Shown piece by piece: positions 31,345 through 44,715 of a stretch of DNA of 64,000 nucleotides. Source of the stretch: a virus. Each line of letters starts with the position of its first letter. Positions within the stretch are counted from its first letter, which is position 1. A program made the position numbers and the translations under genes. The notes beneath the pieces were generated by a model that saw nothing but the letters and a program-made list of their open reading frames with translations, ran no database searches and was not told where the DNA came from. The DNA lies in the IMG/VR virus record IMGVR_UViG_3300048104_000741, positions 8,650 through 72,649 of that record, one strand, 5' to 3'.

Positions 31345-31651
31345 CATAATATGTGGAATTACAGAATATTAAAATTAACCGATGGCACTTATGGTCTTTA
31401 CGAAGTTATCTATAATGATGATGGAGAAATATCAGCGCATTCCGAAGATTCTGAGTTGGTAAGCCCTAGCGTCAAAGACCTGTTGGATACTTTGAGATTA
31501 ATGCTTGACGATGCGCAAAAATCCTCTTATAATGTTTTGGAGGTGGATAAAATAAAGTTTGCCCCCTTGATTGATGAAGATGAAAAAGGCGAGTCAATTG
31601 AAATAGAAGATTTCGCTAAATTTATGGGTTTAAATCCAAATAAATATAATA

Positions 31652-32080
31652 ATGAACAATAATAATGAACAAATAGTAGTTGCTGTTAGTGGATATTTTG
31701 ACCCAATTCATGTAGGTCATATAGAATACCTTGAATTAGCTAAAGACTTGGGGGATAAATTAATTGTGATAGTTAATAACGATGGTCAAGCTAGAGGGAA
31801 AAAAGGCAGTTCGTTTATGAATCAAGATGATAGATTGAAGATAGTGGCTTCCTTGAAGTGTGTTGATGAAGCGATAATATCAATAGACAGGGGGTTGAGC
31901 CAATGTGAAACTTTAGCTTTTTTACAACCAAACATTTTTGCTAATGGGGGTGATCGCAATGTTGATGAAATACCCGAAACGGAAGTTATGGAAAAATTAA
32001 ACATAAAAATGGTGGATGGCTTGGGAAAAAAAATCAGAAGCTCTTCAGAATTAACAGGATTGAAAGAAATAAAAAGATGA
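31652..32080 (+). CDS. Cytidylyltransferase-family protein
   Basis: SGYFDPIHVGH, VNND, FANGGDR, KIRSSS. Confidence 0.85.
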   Translation: MNNNNEQIVVAVSGYFDPIHVGHIEYLELAKDLGDKLIVIVNNDGQARGKKGSSFMNQDDRLKIVASLKCVDEAIISIDRGLSQCETLAFLQPNIFANGGDRNVDEIPETEVMEKLNIKMVDGLGKKIRSSSELTGLKEIKR

Positions 32081-35000
32081 AATTGTCAATAACATTAAAC
32101 AACAAAACTTATAGCGTAGAATCTGAAGAGGAATTTGATGGTTCAAATATCAACGAACTAGCGGAACAATTCAAAGGTTTGCTTGTTAGCGCAGGATTCC
32201 ACCCAAGCAATGTGGATGAAATGTTTAATACAGAATACGAATGGTTCACCCAAGAAGAAAGAGATGATAATATGCAAGGTCACTTAAAAGACAATAAATA
32301 CAATGAAGGTTATGCAAAAGGTTGGGACGATGCCAATCACAATGACAAGGCGAGTCAATTCCTAAAAAGCTCCAATGATGATGATTACTTATTTTAAATT
32401 ATGATCCAAATAGAAGATTCAAATAACGAGAAATATCACATAAATCCCAAGCAAGTAATTTATGTAAAAGAAAGACTTCATTCTGGAAAATTAATGTACA
32501 AAATAATGATGTCTAACGGAGAAGCTTTAATGACTTCAAACGAGCATGGAGCAAAATGTATTATAGCTTCGATTAAGAGCAGAAAGACTCTTTAAAATGA
32601 AGTTAATTTTTTCAAACATTTTTTATCGCATTGGTCACGCATTAAGTTTTTTATTGCGTTTTGATTTTTTCACATTTTTACATCCTGTTTATAGTAAAAT
32701 AATGCTTTGGAGCGTGAAGCTAGACAAAGATCGCAAAGTTTGGAAGATGACAATAAATAAAAGAAAATTGCACGATAAATGAAAACATTACATAATACAA
32801 AGAATTGCAATTACAGAAGGTTCTTGCATAAAAGAGTGAAGGACGGAAAAATAAGCGGTCAATTCTATCGCTTTCTTTGCAGGAATTTCCCTTATCGCTT
32901 GACTTATCATGCCATTGGCATGAATGTCAGAAAGGTTATGCACGGCAAGATGAACGAATCTACTGCGATCAATACTTTAAAAGAAAAGGAAAAAGACGAA
33001 ATAAAGCGCCAAGCAGAAATGTATAAGTCAAACATTGAATGCCGAAATAAAATAAGCGAAAAAAAAACTGCTAAAAAATTCACAACAGAAGAAGATGTCG
33101 GGCGAGATATTGCAAGTGTAGAATCTACATATGACAAATATGTAGCAAAGATAAACAACAGAGAAAAACAAGAGTATTTAGAATTTATTAAAAACAAATT
33201 TAAAGCAAATAAGATATCCCGAAAGGTATTAGATCATGCAGTTTTATTTATCAAGAAATGTATGAAAGAAAATTTATATTTACCTGTGAGATTTAAAACA
33301 TCATTGTACAGAATATTCGATAACGATGGTTATAATATTCACGCTAGAGAAGCAGAATTTTTTATGTATTTTAAGTGTGCATTCTCGAAAACACACAAAT
33401 ATAGTCTATACAAACAATCAAATGAAAAATAAGCTAATAAAAACTTGACTTAATGAACATTAATTGATATTATAAAACAATATGCCGTACATAAATAAAG
33501 AAGAAAAATATAAAAACAGCTTAGGAAAACTATCTGACTGCGGTCATCTCAATTACTCTTTTTCTGAGATTATAAAAAAGTATATAGAACAGAACGATCT
33601 AAACTATCAGACTTTTAATGATGTTGTGGGAGCAATGGAGTGTTGCAAAATGGAGTTGTACCGAAGATTGATTAGCCCTTATGAAGATGAAAAAATTTCG
33701 GAAAATGGAGATGTCGGTCTTTTTGAAAATAATGTTAATTCAAAAACAGGAAGCAAATACTAATGAATAAATCTCTATATAATATGCTAAAGAGTTCCGC
33801 TCAAGCAGATGTTGATAAAGCAAAATTAAGTCTTCATTTACTCGGAAATAAGGCGGTTGGAATTGGAGATCACTCAACAGGGGACTTTTACAAAAATGCA
33901 GAAGAGGCTTTAGATTTGTTAGATAATGCGAATAGCAGATTAGAAACTTTAGAAAAATTAATCAAAGAAGAAATATGAGAGAAGTAATATTAAAAGTTTT
34001 AAGTGAAGTTGCTTGCGGAAACACAGGTAGTTGTCAGATAAACTTGCAGTCTGAATCTGCGCAAATAATGATTGCCGACAAATTAGAAAAAGCCCTGCAA
34101 GATAATTTAAACGAAGCTATTGAAAGCGTTTGTTGCGGAAGTTAAGCTGAATGGGTAATTTTCATTACGAAGAAATTCAAAAACTCCAACAAATAATCTC
34201 TAAAAAAACTTTAGATGATAATTTAGATTTAGAAAGATTAGTTGAAATAAATGATTATATGGCTATATTACTAGATAGTTTAAATCATTGGTTTTTTTAT
34301 GATAATACCGAAAGATATTATTACGATTTAAAATCTTTTATTTCTTGGCTTGAAAAAATAAAATAATAAAGTCTTGACAACTTTGCTTTTTTGCCTTAGT
34401 GTTATGGCATGAGCAAAGATATTACAGATAAATTAAAAGAGTTAAAACTTAAAGAGCGAGAGCAACTCCTAGAGTCTATTGCTGAATTTAATCCCGAAGC
34501 ATTGTTAGCGGATGGGCTTGAGGATGCAATCGTAGGGTATGATACAAAAGGCAGAGTTATTTATTCTGTTGGCAATATCATTGATATCCTTGTCGAGCGT
34601 GATGGTATGAGTTACGAAGATGCGAGTGAGTATTTTTCGTTCAATATTGAGTGCGCCTATGTTGGCGAGCATACTCCAATTTATATGTACGAGGAATAAT
34701 TATGAGTAACAAAATAGACAAAGAAATCGTTTGGGCGAAAAGCAGAAAGCAGTCTGAATCCTCTAAATTCACAACTTGGGCAAGCTCAAAAGATTGGTGC
34801 AAACTTGGGGGCTTTTCAGTAAAAGCGCACGATTTCAGCAATTTCGTTTCGGTAAGCGCTCATAATAGTGATGGAGAGTCTTGGAATAGATATTTTCAGA
34901 TTCCTGTTGACAAGATTGAAGAGTTTTGCAATAGTTTAATGGATGCTAAAAAATTAATGGAAAGCAATAATGAAAAAATATAGATTATCAGTAACAGAAG

Positions 35001-36808
35001 AGATTGGTGGATACATTGTGGTTAAAGCTAAGAATGAAGAGGAAGCAGAAGAAATTGCAGAGGAATTACTTAATGAACATGGTTGTCAAGATCTTTTTTA
35101 CAATCATAATTTAACTAAATATCATGGCGATCATACTCATGGAGATAGAGGAGTTTTAACTTGCGAGGAAATAAAATGAAAAGATTTGAAATAGAAATAG
35201 GAAGCACAACTTATCGCACTTATTTTATTGATTCAGAATCGAAAGATGATGCAGTCAGTAGAGCTTTTGATGAAATGGAAGCAGATTGGGAAATAAGTAA
35301 AGCATGGAAACAAAATGCTGAAGTTAGTTTTTGTGAAGAACAAGAAAAAGATTCTGAGCTTGACAAGTTAAACCAAGACCTATAAGGTAAAGATATGAAT
35401 AAACACACAGAAGTATTACAACTACAAGAATTACACGAAGTAGAGAGTGGACTCAATACTCGCATAAGCGAAATATATGATTATCCACCTGCAAAGAAAA
35501 TTGCTGAAAAATTATTTCATTTAAATGATGAATTAAATCTTTTATTAAATAAGAGAGCAGATGCAGTAGGATTAAATATAAAATTTGGCGCAGTACCTGT
35601 TGATACATCTCATTTAAATAATGATGATTTTGGCGCTTTTATTCGGGGTGAAATAAATGAACATAGAAAAAAACTATAATGAGCAAAATTACAAATAAAG
35701 CTAAAAAAGAAAAATACTTTGTGTTTTCTGTGCCTACTGCTTATGTCTACGAAATTCAAGCTGAAACAGAAAAGGAAGCTAGAGAAATATTAGTAGAGCA
35801 TGGGGGTATAGAAATATATGGAGAACAATGCGAAATGCTTGCTGAAGATTATGAAAACGCAGAGTTAAACGAAACTTACGAAATGTAAAAAAAGTATTGA
35901 CAACATTTAAAAATTAAACTAGAGTACAAATATGAAAGTGAAAAAAGTTTGGAACATTGAACCGCAAAAGATGCTAGATTATATTCTTGAGTCAGACAAA
36001 TCAAATGGTATGCACAACGAAAAAGATTATAGTCCTACATTTTATATAGGTAAAGACCTCGTGTACATTCGTGAAGTTTATGAAGATTATAATGGTCTTG
36101 ATAGTCTTACCGAAGAAGAACTAATAGAGAATGAATATTATAGATTGGAGATAGCATAATGAGCATCTATACAAAAACATATAGAGTACCATGTTCATGG
36201 CAAGTTTATGCCCAAGTAGAAGTTGAAGCAGAGTCTTGGGAGGAAGCAATTGCCAAAGTCGAAAGCAATAGTGTTCCACTACCAACAGACCCTAATTATG
36301 TAGATGCTTCTCTTGAAGTTGATATGGAAATAATTGAAGAGGAGATGGAAAATCCAAATACTTTTGATTTGGTAGATTAATTACTTGACAACACAATAAA
36401 AACAACATAGGATTATAACATGAAAGAAATAATAGGAGACGATTACCCGACTTACGAAGATTCAGTCAACATGACTTTAGCTGAAAGAAAAAATAAACCA
36501 AGTAATACTTATATGACAGAAGTAGAGCATGAAATAAATAAACAAAATGTCGAAAGATTATTGAAAGAAAATTTTGAGCTTCGACATAGACTTGCCTGTA
36601 TTGCTGATGATATAGAAATTGTTGATAGACACATTCAAAAGAATTGTAACAAAAGATTCAAAAGATCAAGTCTGAATAAAGATGGAAGTATCTATGCAGA
36701 CGAAGCATGGCATAATATTTCTAACATAGAAATTGCTTGTGATTTAAATGATGACGAACCATTGTATTGGGGTAGTAAAGTTATGGCAGAAAAAGAAAAT
36801 TATATAAA

Positions 36809-37099
36809 ATGAAAGTTTCAGAATTAGAAGTTAAAGAAAGTTTTGATGGTGAATTATATTTTCGTTTGCCCGATGACCTACTTAAAAGATTAGGTTGGGA
36901 AGAAGGAGATGATCTAAAATTTATCCCACAAGATGATGCGTTTATTATTAAAAAAGTAAAATACGAAACGATTGAGCTTGACTTTGATGAAGAAGAGTTG
37001 CTAAAATATATGACTTGCGCACATGAGCAGAGTTTAAGTTTTAACGAATTTGTAGAACAAGCATTAACCGAGGTAATAAAGCAAAAAGATGAACATTGA
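36809..37099 (+). CDS. AbrB/MazE/SpoVT-family DNA-binding protein
   Basis: LPDDLLKRLGWEEGDDL.F. Confidence 0.75.
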   Translation: MKVSELEVKESFDGELYFRLPDDLLKRLGWEEGDDLKFIPQDDAFIIKKVKYETIELDFDEEELLKYMTCAHEQSLSFNEFVEQALTEVIKQKDEH

Positions 37100-38434
37100 T
37101 TATCAGTTGCTAGAAAAGCAGAGAGATCACCTATTGTCTGTCCTATGGCACGACTTCAAGCCTCCGCACGAACAAGAAGATGCTCCTGTCCCCTTGGATA
37201 GAGAAACAGGTTGGGGCATTGTTCATTTATTAGATGACCTACTAGATAAAGAATACTACAGAAAGAATCCAAAGACTTTTTTAAGAACAAAGATTATTAA
37301 TGTTGACAATATGAAAGAAAAGGAATAAAGTATAAACATGAACAAAGAAAGAGAATATTGCGTTGGAGTAAAAATTATTAATTGTTATTATGTTAGCGCC
37401 AAAACTAGAGATGAAGCAGAAGAAATTGTTAGAAACATGGATAATGATGAAATTTTGCTTGACTCTGATTTTAATATTGAATATGCTGATCCTACAAATG
37501 GAGAAATCGCATGGAAAATAAAAGCGCATGAATATGACATTATTGATGATGATCATGGAAATGTGTTAATATGAATAAAGAAACATTACAATCTCTAAAG
37601 CGAGAGGAAGAGCAAAGAGAAGAGTTAAAAGACTCTTGGAAGCACATCAAAGACCTTGAGGCAGAGTTGGAGTTTTTGTATGTCAGAGAACCTCACGAAG
37701 TAGATTATATTGAAAGCGTTAAAAACGCACTTGACAATTTATATAAAAAAGTAGAGAATATAGGAGTCAATTTAATTGGAAAAATATGAAACTAACTAAA
37801 TACCAAAAAGCTAGACTACTTGAACACGAATGGGATGTCATCGAAACCGATGAAGGGCAAAATTGTTCTTGGATCGCTATTCAACCCGAAGATGGGGAAG
37901 CCTATCAAGTCGCACTTGATATTTTCAGCTTGACAGACACAGGTAAAGACATTAAGCTACTTGTAGTTGGAACACAAAACGAAGGAGAATAAATATGAGA
38001 ACTACGCAAAGAGAACTTAGAGAAGGTAATCCTACTATTGATGATATGAGATATGACATCGCTGAACAGGAAGCAATGAATATGAGTGTTTCAGAAATTA
38101 TAGATATGCTCATCTATGGTTGCGAGGGGGTAGAGTCTACACCCGACATTGAAGTGAGAGATGAATGGGAGCAAACTTTTGGAGAATTAAAAAATTGGGA
38201 GAATAAATAATGAAGCTAGAAGAAGCAATGTATATAGTAATTAATGAAGCAGAAGTCTCTGCTCTCGGAGAAAGAACTGATGAAAATTTAAGAGTTTTGC
38301 TTGCAACTGAAGTCGTTCAAGCCTTTTATGATGAACATGGGCATCATTTCTCAAATTTTTCTGTTGACAACGCTGAAGAAGTGTGTCAGCCTTAAATTAT
38401 TAATTAAATTATTAACACACAAAAAATATCACAC

Positions 38435-39046
38435 ATGAATTATTTCAACAAATCAAAAGTAAATTGGAACACATGGAGTCCCGAAAGCATCATCTTTAAA
38501 AGCAACCAACTTGTCAAGAAGGTTTTACCGCCCGAAAATGTTTTGTCTTGGACTAGCAAGCGTGATCGTGACGAAAAGATGTGCAAATTAACAGGTGGAA
38601 AAGTTTACCAAGGTTATCAAGGTTATTCTTATCATGGTCAAGAAAACTACAAAGGTGTTATGGTTCAACTCAAAGATTTGAAATCTGACTTTCCATCTGC
38701 CAATATTGATTTTATTGATCGCACACAAAGAAAAGATAGTGTCGGCAATGAGAAAGGTTTTCTTGATGTATTGATGTATCTAAATTCCTTTCATTCTCCT
38801 TGGGAATATGTCAGATGTGCGCAAACAGGAAATTGGGTAAGAAAAAATAAGCCAAATGTTGCGCCTCTTGAAGAAGGTTATCGCTTTTGCTATGGTGGAC
38901 AAGGAGATGCTAACTCTATGAACTTTGAAGAGTTTCAAGAATTGATTCAAATAACAGAAGCAATAAAAACTTTTTTGGTCGAAGTCATTGTTCCAATAAC
39001 TAGAAACGAATTGACTCCCGATGAATACGAACTAATGGTAGCATGA
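38435..39046 (+). CDS. Hypothetical protein with tmRNA-tag-like C-terminus
   Basis: Ends DEYELMVA. Confidence 0.7.
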   Translation: MNYFNKSKVNWNTWSPESIIFKSNQLVKKVLPPENVLSWTSKRDRDEKMCKLTGGKVYQGYQGYSYHGQENYKGVMVQLKDLKSDFPSANIDFIDRTQRKDSVGNEKGFLDVLMYLNSFHSPWEYVRCAQTGNWVRKNKPNVAPLEEGYRFCYGGQGDANSMNFEEFQELIQITEAIKTFLVEVIVPITRNELTPDEYELMVA

Positions 39047-40208
39047 ATAAAGAAGACATAAGTAAAGAAGAGTATCACTTGTACGACATAATTAGTTCTT
39101 GTGAGAATATACTTGATGACCTTGAAAATGGCGCTCATATCGAACAGGCAGATTTCAACAACCTCGGTTATGCTGATAGTATTATGCTTCGCATACAACA
39201 TAATGTATCCCGACAATTAAATCCAACAAATATTAAAGATGAATAATTTATTAAAAAGTTTACCCGATGTTTTTTATGCGATTAATGTTATTGGGGTTTG
39301 TTTATTGGTTTTGTTGTTCGTTTTAATTGTAACAAATTCTTTTGGAGATTAAAAATAGGTTCACCTCTGAATGTGAGTGACTTCAGTAGTTCGTGATAGT
39401 TTGCTAGTAACTTAATCCTACTGAATGAGCAAGATCTACCATGTCTGATCAGCAGAAAAAGACTAGCAAGTAATTCGATTACTACTATATTGGAGTTAGT
39501 CACGGATACTCTCCGTGCAAACATTTTAAAAAATATGAAAATACAATTAGGAATACGAGGAAGCACAGATTCAATTAATCATATCATTGTAAAAATAGAT
39601 GATCTTATGCTTATAAATGCAAATAACTTATTTTTGGTTGGAGAGGAAGAGAGAATTAAAATAGGAAAAAATTTAGTAGAATTATTAAACTCTCTATCAA
39701 AAGATCACGAAATATCTGTTGGTGAAAATGTTGCCAAGGAAATAGAAAGAGAATTGAACTTAAATGGAGAAATAATTAAATATGGCACACGATGAATTTA
39801 ATAGTGGAGTAAGGCATGGATTTGACATGGCATTGTATGCAGTAAGAGGTATTGACAGGCAAATAGAATATCCCGATGAGAGAGGGAGAGAAGACTATAT
39901 AAAATATAATGCACAAAAAGATTTGTTATATAAAATATACGAAGAAATAAAAAAAGAGATGGAGCAAGAAGTACATGAAAACGATTATTAAAAAAGCGAT
40001 TCAATTTCTTTACATTAAAAAAGATGATTACCTAAAAAAAAGATTAATCAAAAAAGCAGTTAAAGTTTCTCTAGATAAAAACGAAAGAATTCTTGAGCAG
40101 TTAAATGACAACATGGACTATGATGGAATGGGTAATTATGGAAGATTCCCTCCGATAAAAAAATAAAATAGTGTTGACATAGTTGAGCTATTCCATTAGT
40201 GTGTTGGT

Positions 40209-40712
40209 ATGGAATTAAAAAAAGCATCAGCACTCACTCATGTATTAATGCACGAACATGGTTTATCTAGGGGATGGACATTTCGTTGGCAAAACAAAAA
40301 GCGCTCACTTGGCACTTGCAGTTATGATTGGCGAGAAATTCGGTTGTCTAAATGGTATGTTGAATTAAACGACATAGATGATGTAAAGGATACTATTCTC
40401 CATGAACTCGCCCATGCTTTGGCTTATGAGCGCTATGGTTCTAAAAGCATTGGTCATGGAGTTTTATGGAAAAAAGTTTGCAGAGAAATTGGCGCAATTC
40501 CAAAAGCTAGAAGTAAGTCTAATTTAAATACTCCCAAAAATCATCACAAGTATGTTGACACTTGTTGTGGCTTGACTTTCAGAAAGCATAGGTTGAGAAA
40601 AAACAGGACATACTCTTGCCCAAAATGCCATGTCAACTTGTTCGTTAGTGAGAAAGAAAAAAAAATAGATCGTGCGACAAAAGCATTAGCGAATGAAATA
40701 TTTAGCGCTTGA
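40209..40712 (+). CDS. SprT-like zinc metalloprotease
   Basis: LG.C, I.LS, DTILHELAHA, GHG..WK, C-terminal Zn ribbon. Confidence 0.88.
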   Translation: MELKKASALTHVLMHEHGLSRGWTFRWQNKKRSLGTCSYDWREIRLSKWYVELNDIDDVKDTILHELAHALAYERYGSKSIGHGVLWKKVCREIGAIPKARSKSNLNTPKNHHKYVDTCCGLTFRKHRLRKNRTYSCPKCHVNLFVSEKEKKIDRATKALANEIFSA

Positions 40713-41019
40713 CAATTTTTTATTTTTACTTTAATGTATGATTATGAAAGACGAAATTTTAGTTGAACCAAAGATTTTAAAAAATAGAAAGAATCCTTTA
40801 TATGTGATTACTTCTACTCATGCAGAATCAATTAACTTATTGACTCGCAAGAAAAGTCTTGATGAAGTTGATCTTGACTCTTTGAAGCAATTAGGTTTTG
40901 CGGTTGCGGAAAATAAACTTGACAAGGATGGCAACAAAGTCTACCTTAAACATAACACAAGAACATTTGCAGAGAAAATGAATTCTCGCAAACAACAAAA
41001 TAAATAGGAGAAAAATATT

Positions 41020-41439
41020 ATGGGATTAGATATGTACGCTTATGCTCGTCCACCTCGCAAGAGAAATAATGACGAAGACCTTCATATTGCAGAATGGCGC
41101 AAGCACAATCGCTTGCAAGGTTGGATGCAAGAGTTGTGGGAATCTAAAGGTTGTCCCAACGCAGACACAGAAGGCAATCCAATGGGTGACTTCAATAGTG
41201 TCGAAATGAAACTTACTTTAGCGGATATTTATGCTCTTGAAGATGCAATTCTTACAATGACCATGCCCGAATCTAATGGTTTCTTTTGGGGTAGTGATTC
41301 CTTTTTTTGGGCAGACGAAGATGGTAATGATTACCCCGAAGATCGTTACTATTATTTAGAAAGTGATTTGCAATTTGTAGATGATGCAAAAAAAATGCTT
41401 GACAAAGGTTATCGGGTGTTTTATAGTTGTTGGTATTAA
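41020..41439 (+). CDS. Conserved phage protein (MGLDMY family)
   Basis: MGLDMY, WRKHN.L.GW, GFFWG, VFY..W. Confidence 0.7.
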   Translation: MGLDMYAYARPPRKRNNDEDLHIAEWRKHNRLQGWMQELWESKGCPNADTEGNPMGDFNSVEMKLTLADIYALEDAILTMTMPESNGFFWGSDSFFWADEDGNDYPEDRYYYLESDLQFVDDAKKMLDKGYRVFYSCWY

Positions 41440-44400
41440 TCAATCACAAAACGCAAGGAAAAACATGGATACCGCACAAGCATTCGTAAATAGCATTAAA
41501 CAATCAATCGCAAGCGCAGAAAAGATAGCAAACTCAATACCCAAGAAGGGTCTTAATGTTTATCTTGACAAGTCAACTATGGTCATGCAGACTTTTAGCG
41601 ACCCAAGCGCATTTGCTTATGCCAAGCAAGCAACTGCTCGCAAGGGTCAATCAAGTATTCTTAGGATGCAAATGGATGGGGCGGGCAGAACCCAAGCAAA
41701 AGCATTGTAAAAGATGCAAAATATTAGTTTAACTATATAAATACGAACTTTTCGCCAATAACACAATAAAATGCTTGACATATCATGCAAATTAACATTA
41801 ACTAAAAACATGAAACAATTAGAAGAAAAAATACCAACATACGAAGAATATACAAAAGATATGTCGTTAGTAGATCAAATAAAATTTTACTATGATGTTG
41901 ACCTCAAAGATTTTTTTCCCGATGGATGGATGACTGATCCTTGGGAAATTGTTGCGCAAGTTGCAATTAATCCTAATTGGCTAAATGAATTCAACAAAGA
42001 ATTTAAAGAATACCTACAAGAAAGAGAATACATACAATGAAACAACCTATATATAATGGCATAAACGAAGATGAGTGCGAATATTACGATGTAGTACAAG
42101 GAGAGATTGAATACAACAAAATGAATAAATTAAAAGAAAAATTAAAGACAAATATTAAATACCATATAGATAGAATAGCTGAAACAGGCTCATCATCATT
42201 TTCTACTTGCGATTATAGTGGATGGGATAAAGATATTTGGAATCACAGACATTCTATCATGGACAAATTGACTGATGAAGGTTATCGTGTTGAAAGTGCA
42301 GTTAATCATGGAGTATTAGATGTAACAATAACTGCAAATTTAGAATTATGAGTGGAGTAGTAGATACAGAACAATTAAAATGCCAAATATCTAACTTCTT
42401 ATATGACATTACCAATGATGAGTATTATAGTGATGAAGTAATATTATCGGATGAAGACATTTCAAAATTAACAGACAGAATAGTTTTTAGAAACACAGAA
42501 TTAAGAGAAATATTAAATAATGAAAGTAACAAAAATAAGATATTTTAATACATTAAATGGAGTTGGTTACGAATGCCACACAAATATAGATGGGGTGAGA
42601 ATATGTAATCACGGAACAGGTGGAGCAACTTTTATTGATGGCGCATTTAAAGATACAAAAAATTTTAGAGAGTTATCTGAATGGGACTTAGAAGATTTAA
42701 TTGACCAATACGAAAATAAACTCTTGACACAATAATAAAACCAATATAAAGTATTAAACATGAACGATTACATAGAAGAAAATAATAATAAATTACAATA
42801 CGATAGTTTCACAGGAACTTATTTCTTACATGATGAAGAGTGGGAAGAACCTATGGAATTTACTGAAGACGAACTAGAACAAGAGGGGATATACATCAAT
42901 GAATAAAGAATACAACATGACATTAGGATTAACTAGAGAAGAAATTAATGACATTCTAAATGGAGTGCCAATGAAGTTTCATTTCTTGAATGATGACAAT
43001 TCTCCTGCGATTAGCGTTGCTATTAAAACTATGGAAGATGATCTACCTTTGGAGAACTACATGGATTTAAGCGAAAAGCTAGACGAAGAGTTGGCAAATA
43101 TTGTTGACAAGTCTCCTGTTAATGTTTAGAGTATCGACATATTAACAACTATATGTACATAAAAGAGTAAAATATCGACATGAACCAAATAGAAGAAATA
43201 GTTTACCACAAAGATCAAATGTCTCTCGATTTTAATTGGAAAAAAATTGATGACGAGTTAATCCAAAGGGAGGCGACAATTTCCGTAGCAAATGGAGAGT
43301 ATGAAGATTGGGATCATGCTTATGAATCTCATTGGGATATGTGGGAAAGTGGAGATTTAATCTTGACACCTTCTTTTTAATCGCTTAGAGTTATATTATG
43401 AAATTAGTATTAAGAGAAAACGAAGTAAATAATAAAGCAGATGGAACATATTATATAGATTGCATAACTACAAGTTATTTTAATCTAGTTAATTTGCTCG
43501 GAGAACCTACCTCAAAAAGAGGAGATAAGGTATTATGTGAATGGGTAATTGAATCAAATGAGGGTAACATTGCTACAATTTACGATTACAAGTCTGATAC
43601 GAATGATGTTGCATTGGTAACTGAATGGCATTTGGGGGGCAATAAAGATTCGCTTCCTCTAATTGAAGAGATTAAAAATAACATTAAAAATAATATTGAC
43701 TTTTACAATCTTGTCTGCTAGTGTATTAATATGAATTACACAACACAAAAAATTAGTTTCAATGTTGCCACAAATGGTGGAGATCAATATCGCTTATATG
43801 AATGCGTAGATCAAATCGCAGACCTCATTGATATGTACTTCGGTACTGCAATAGAAGATACCACAAATATACATAGATTAGTCGATGAAGAACTTGTTGT
43901 AGCAATGAGAAGGCAAGCTAAAGAAAATGAACTAGAAAACATAAATGGGGGGAGTAAATAATGAATACTAGAGATAAAGTAGAATGGAGTCGCACTCCTG
44001 TTCGCCAAATACAATGTCATAAAGTTAGTGGATACGATTATCACGACAAAATTGAGCTACCTATTCTTTTTAACTTGACAGATGATGGTAAAAGGCTTTA
44101 TGATCGTGAAACAATGACTGATTATTTAGAAGATATTTTAAATGGTATAGAAGAACACGAAAAACATTATAATTAAATAAAAACATTTAGAAGATTAAAC
44201 TAATTTTTCAATTAAAATAAATTTTAATATCAAATTACTTTATTAAATAAATAATTAAATTAACTAGAACAATGATAAAACAATTAGAAGGAGCAAAAAC
44301 TTTCAAAGAGATTTTTCATCTTTATATAGGTGAATTGACAAACGCAGACACAGGAATGTCTTTTGAGAAGTATATAGCAAAGAAATCTTTTATGAATCTA

Positions 44401-44715
44401 GCAGAATTTTTAGACAATAGTCCATTAAGTGTTTCTCAATGGGCGCAAATAGACAAAGAAAAAGAAAGAACTAATAACACACCATCTTAATAAAAATGAA
44501 CGAAATAATAGAATTAATTGAACAAAAAATAGAAGAGATTAAAAATTACTCTATATCCAACCAAGAAGACGAATCTCAATACATGAAAGAATTAGGTGCT
44601 TTTGAAGAAATGTTGAGAATAGTTGAAGAATTTTAAAAAAAAGTGTTGACATTATCACAATCATCAGTCATACTTCAATCATAGTTTAATTTATCACATA
44701 TAACACACAAGAAAA

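Larger units (their letters stand above)
32077..44490 (+). other. Array of roughly 45 small co-oriented phage ORFs, many leaderless with their own promoter
   Basis: Dense + strand ORFs of 60-220 aa, often acidic; TTGACA-17-TAnnnT-6-ATG repeated. Confidence 0.75.

Noticed and set aside
39401-39469. Hammerhead ribozyme (ctgaatgag...gaaa)
   Set aside because: Core spacing deviates from CUGANGA/GAAA and no proper stem I follows the would-be cleavage site.
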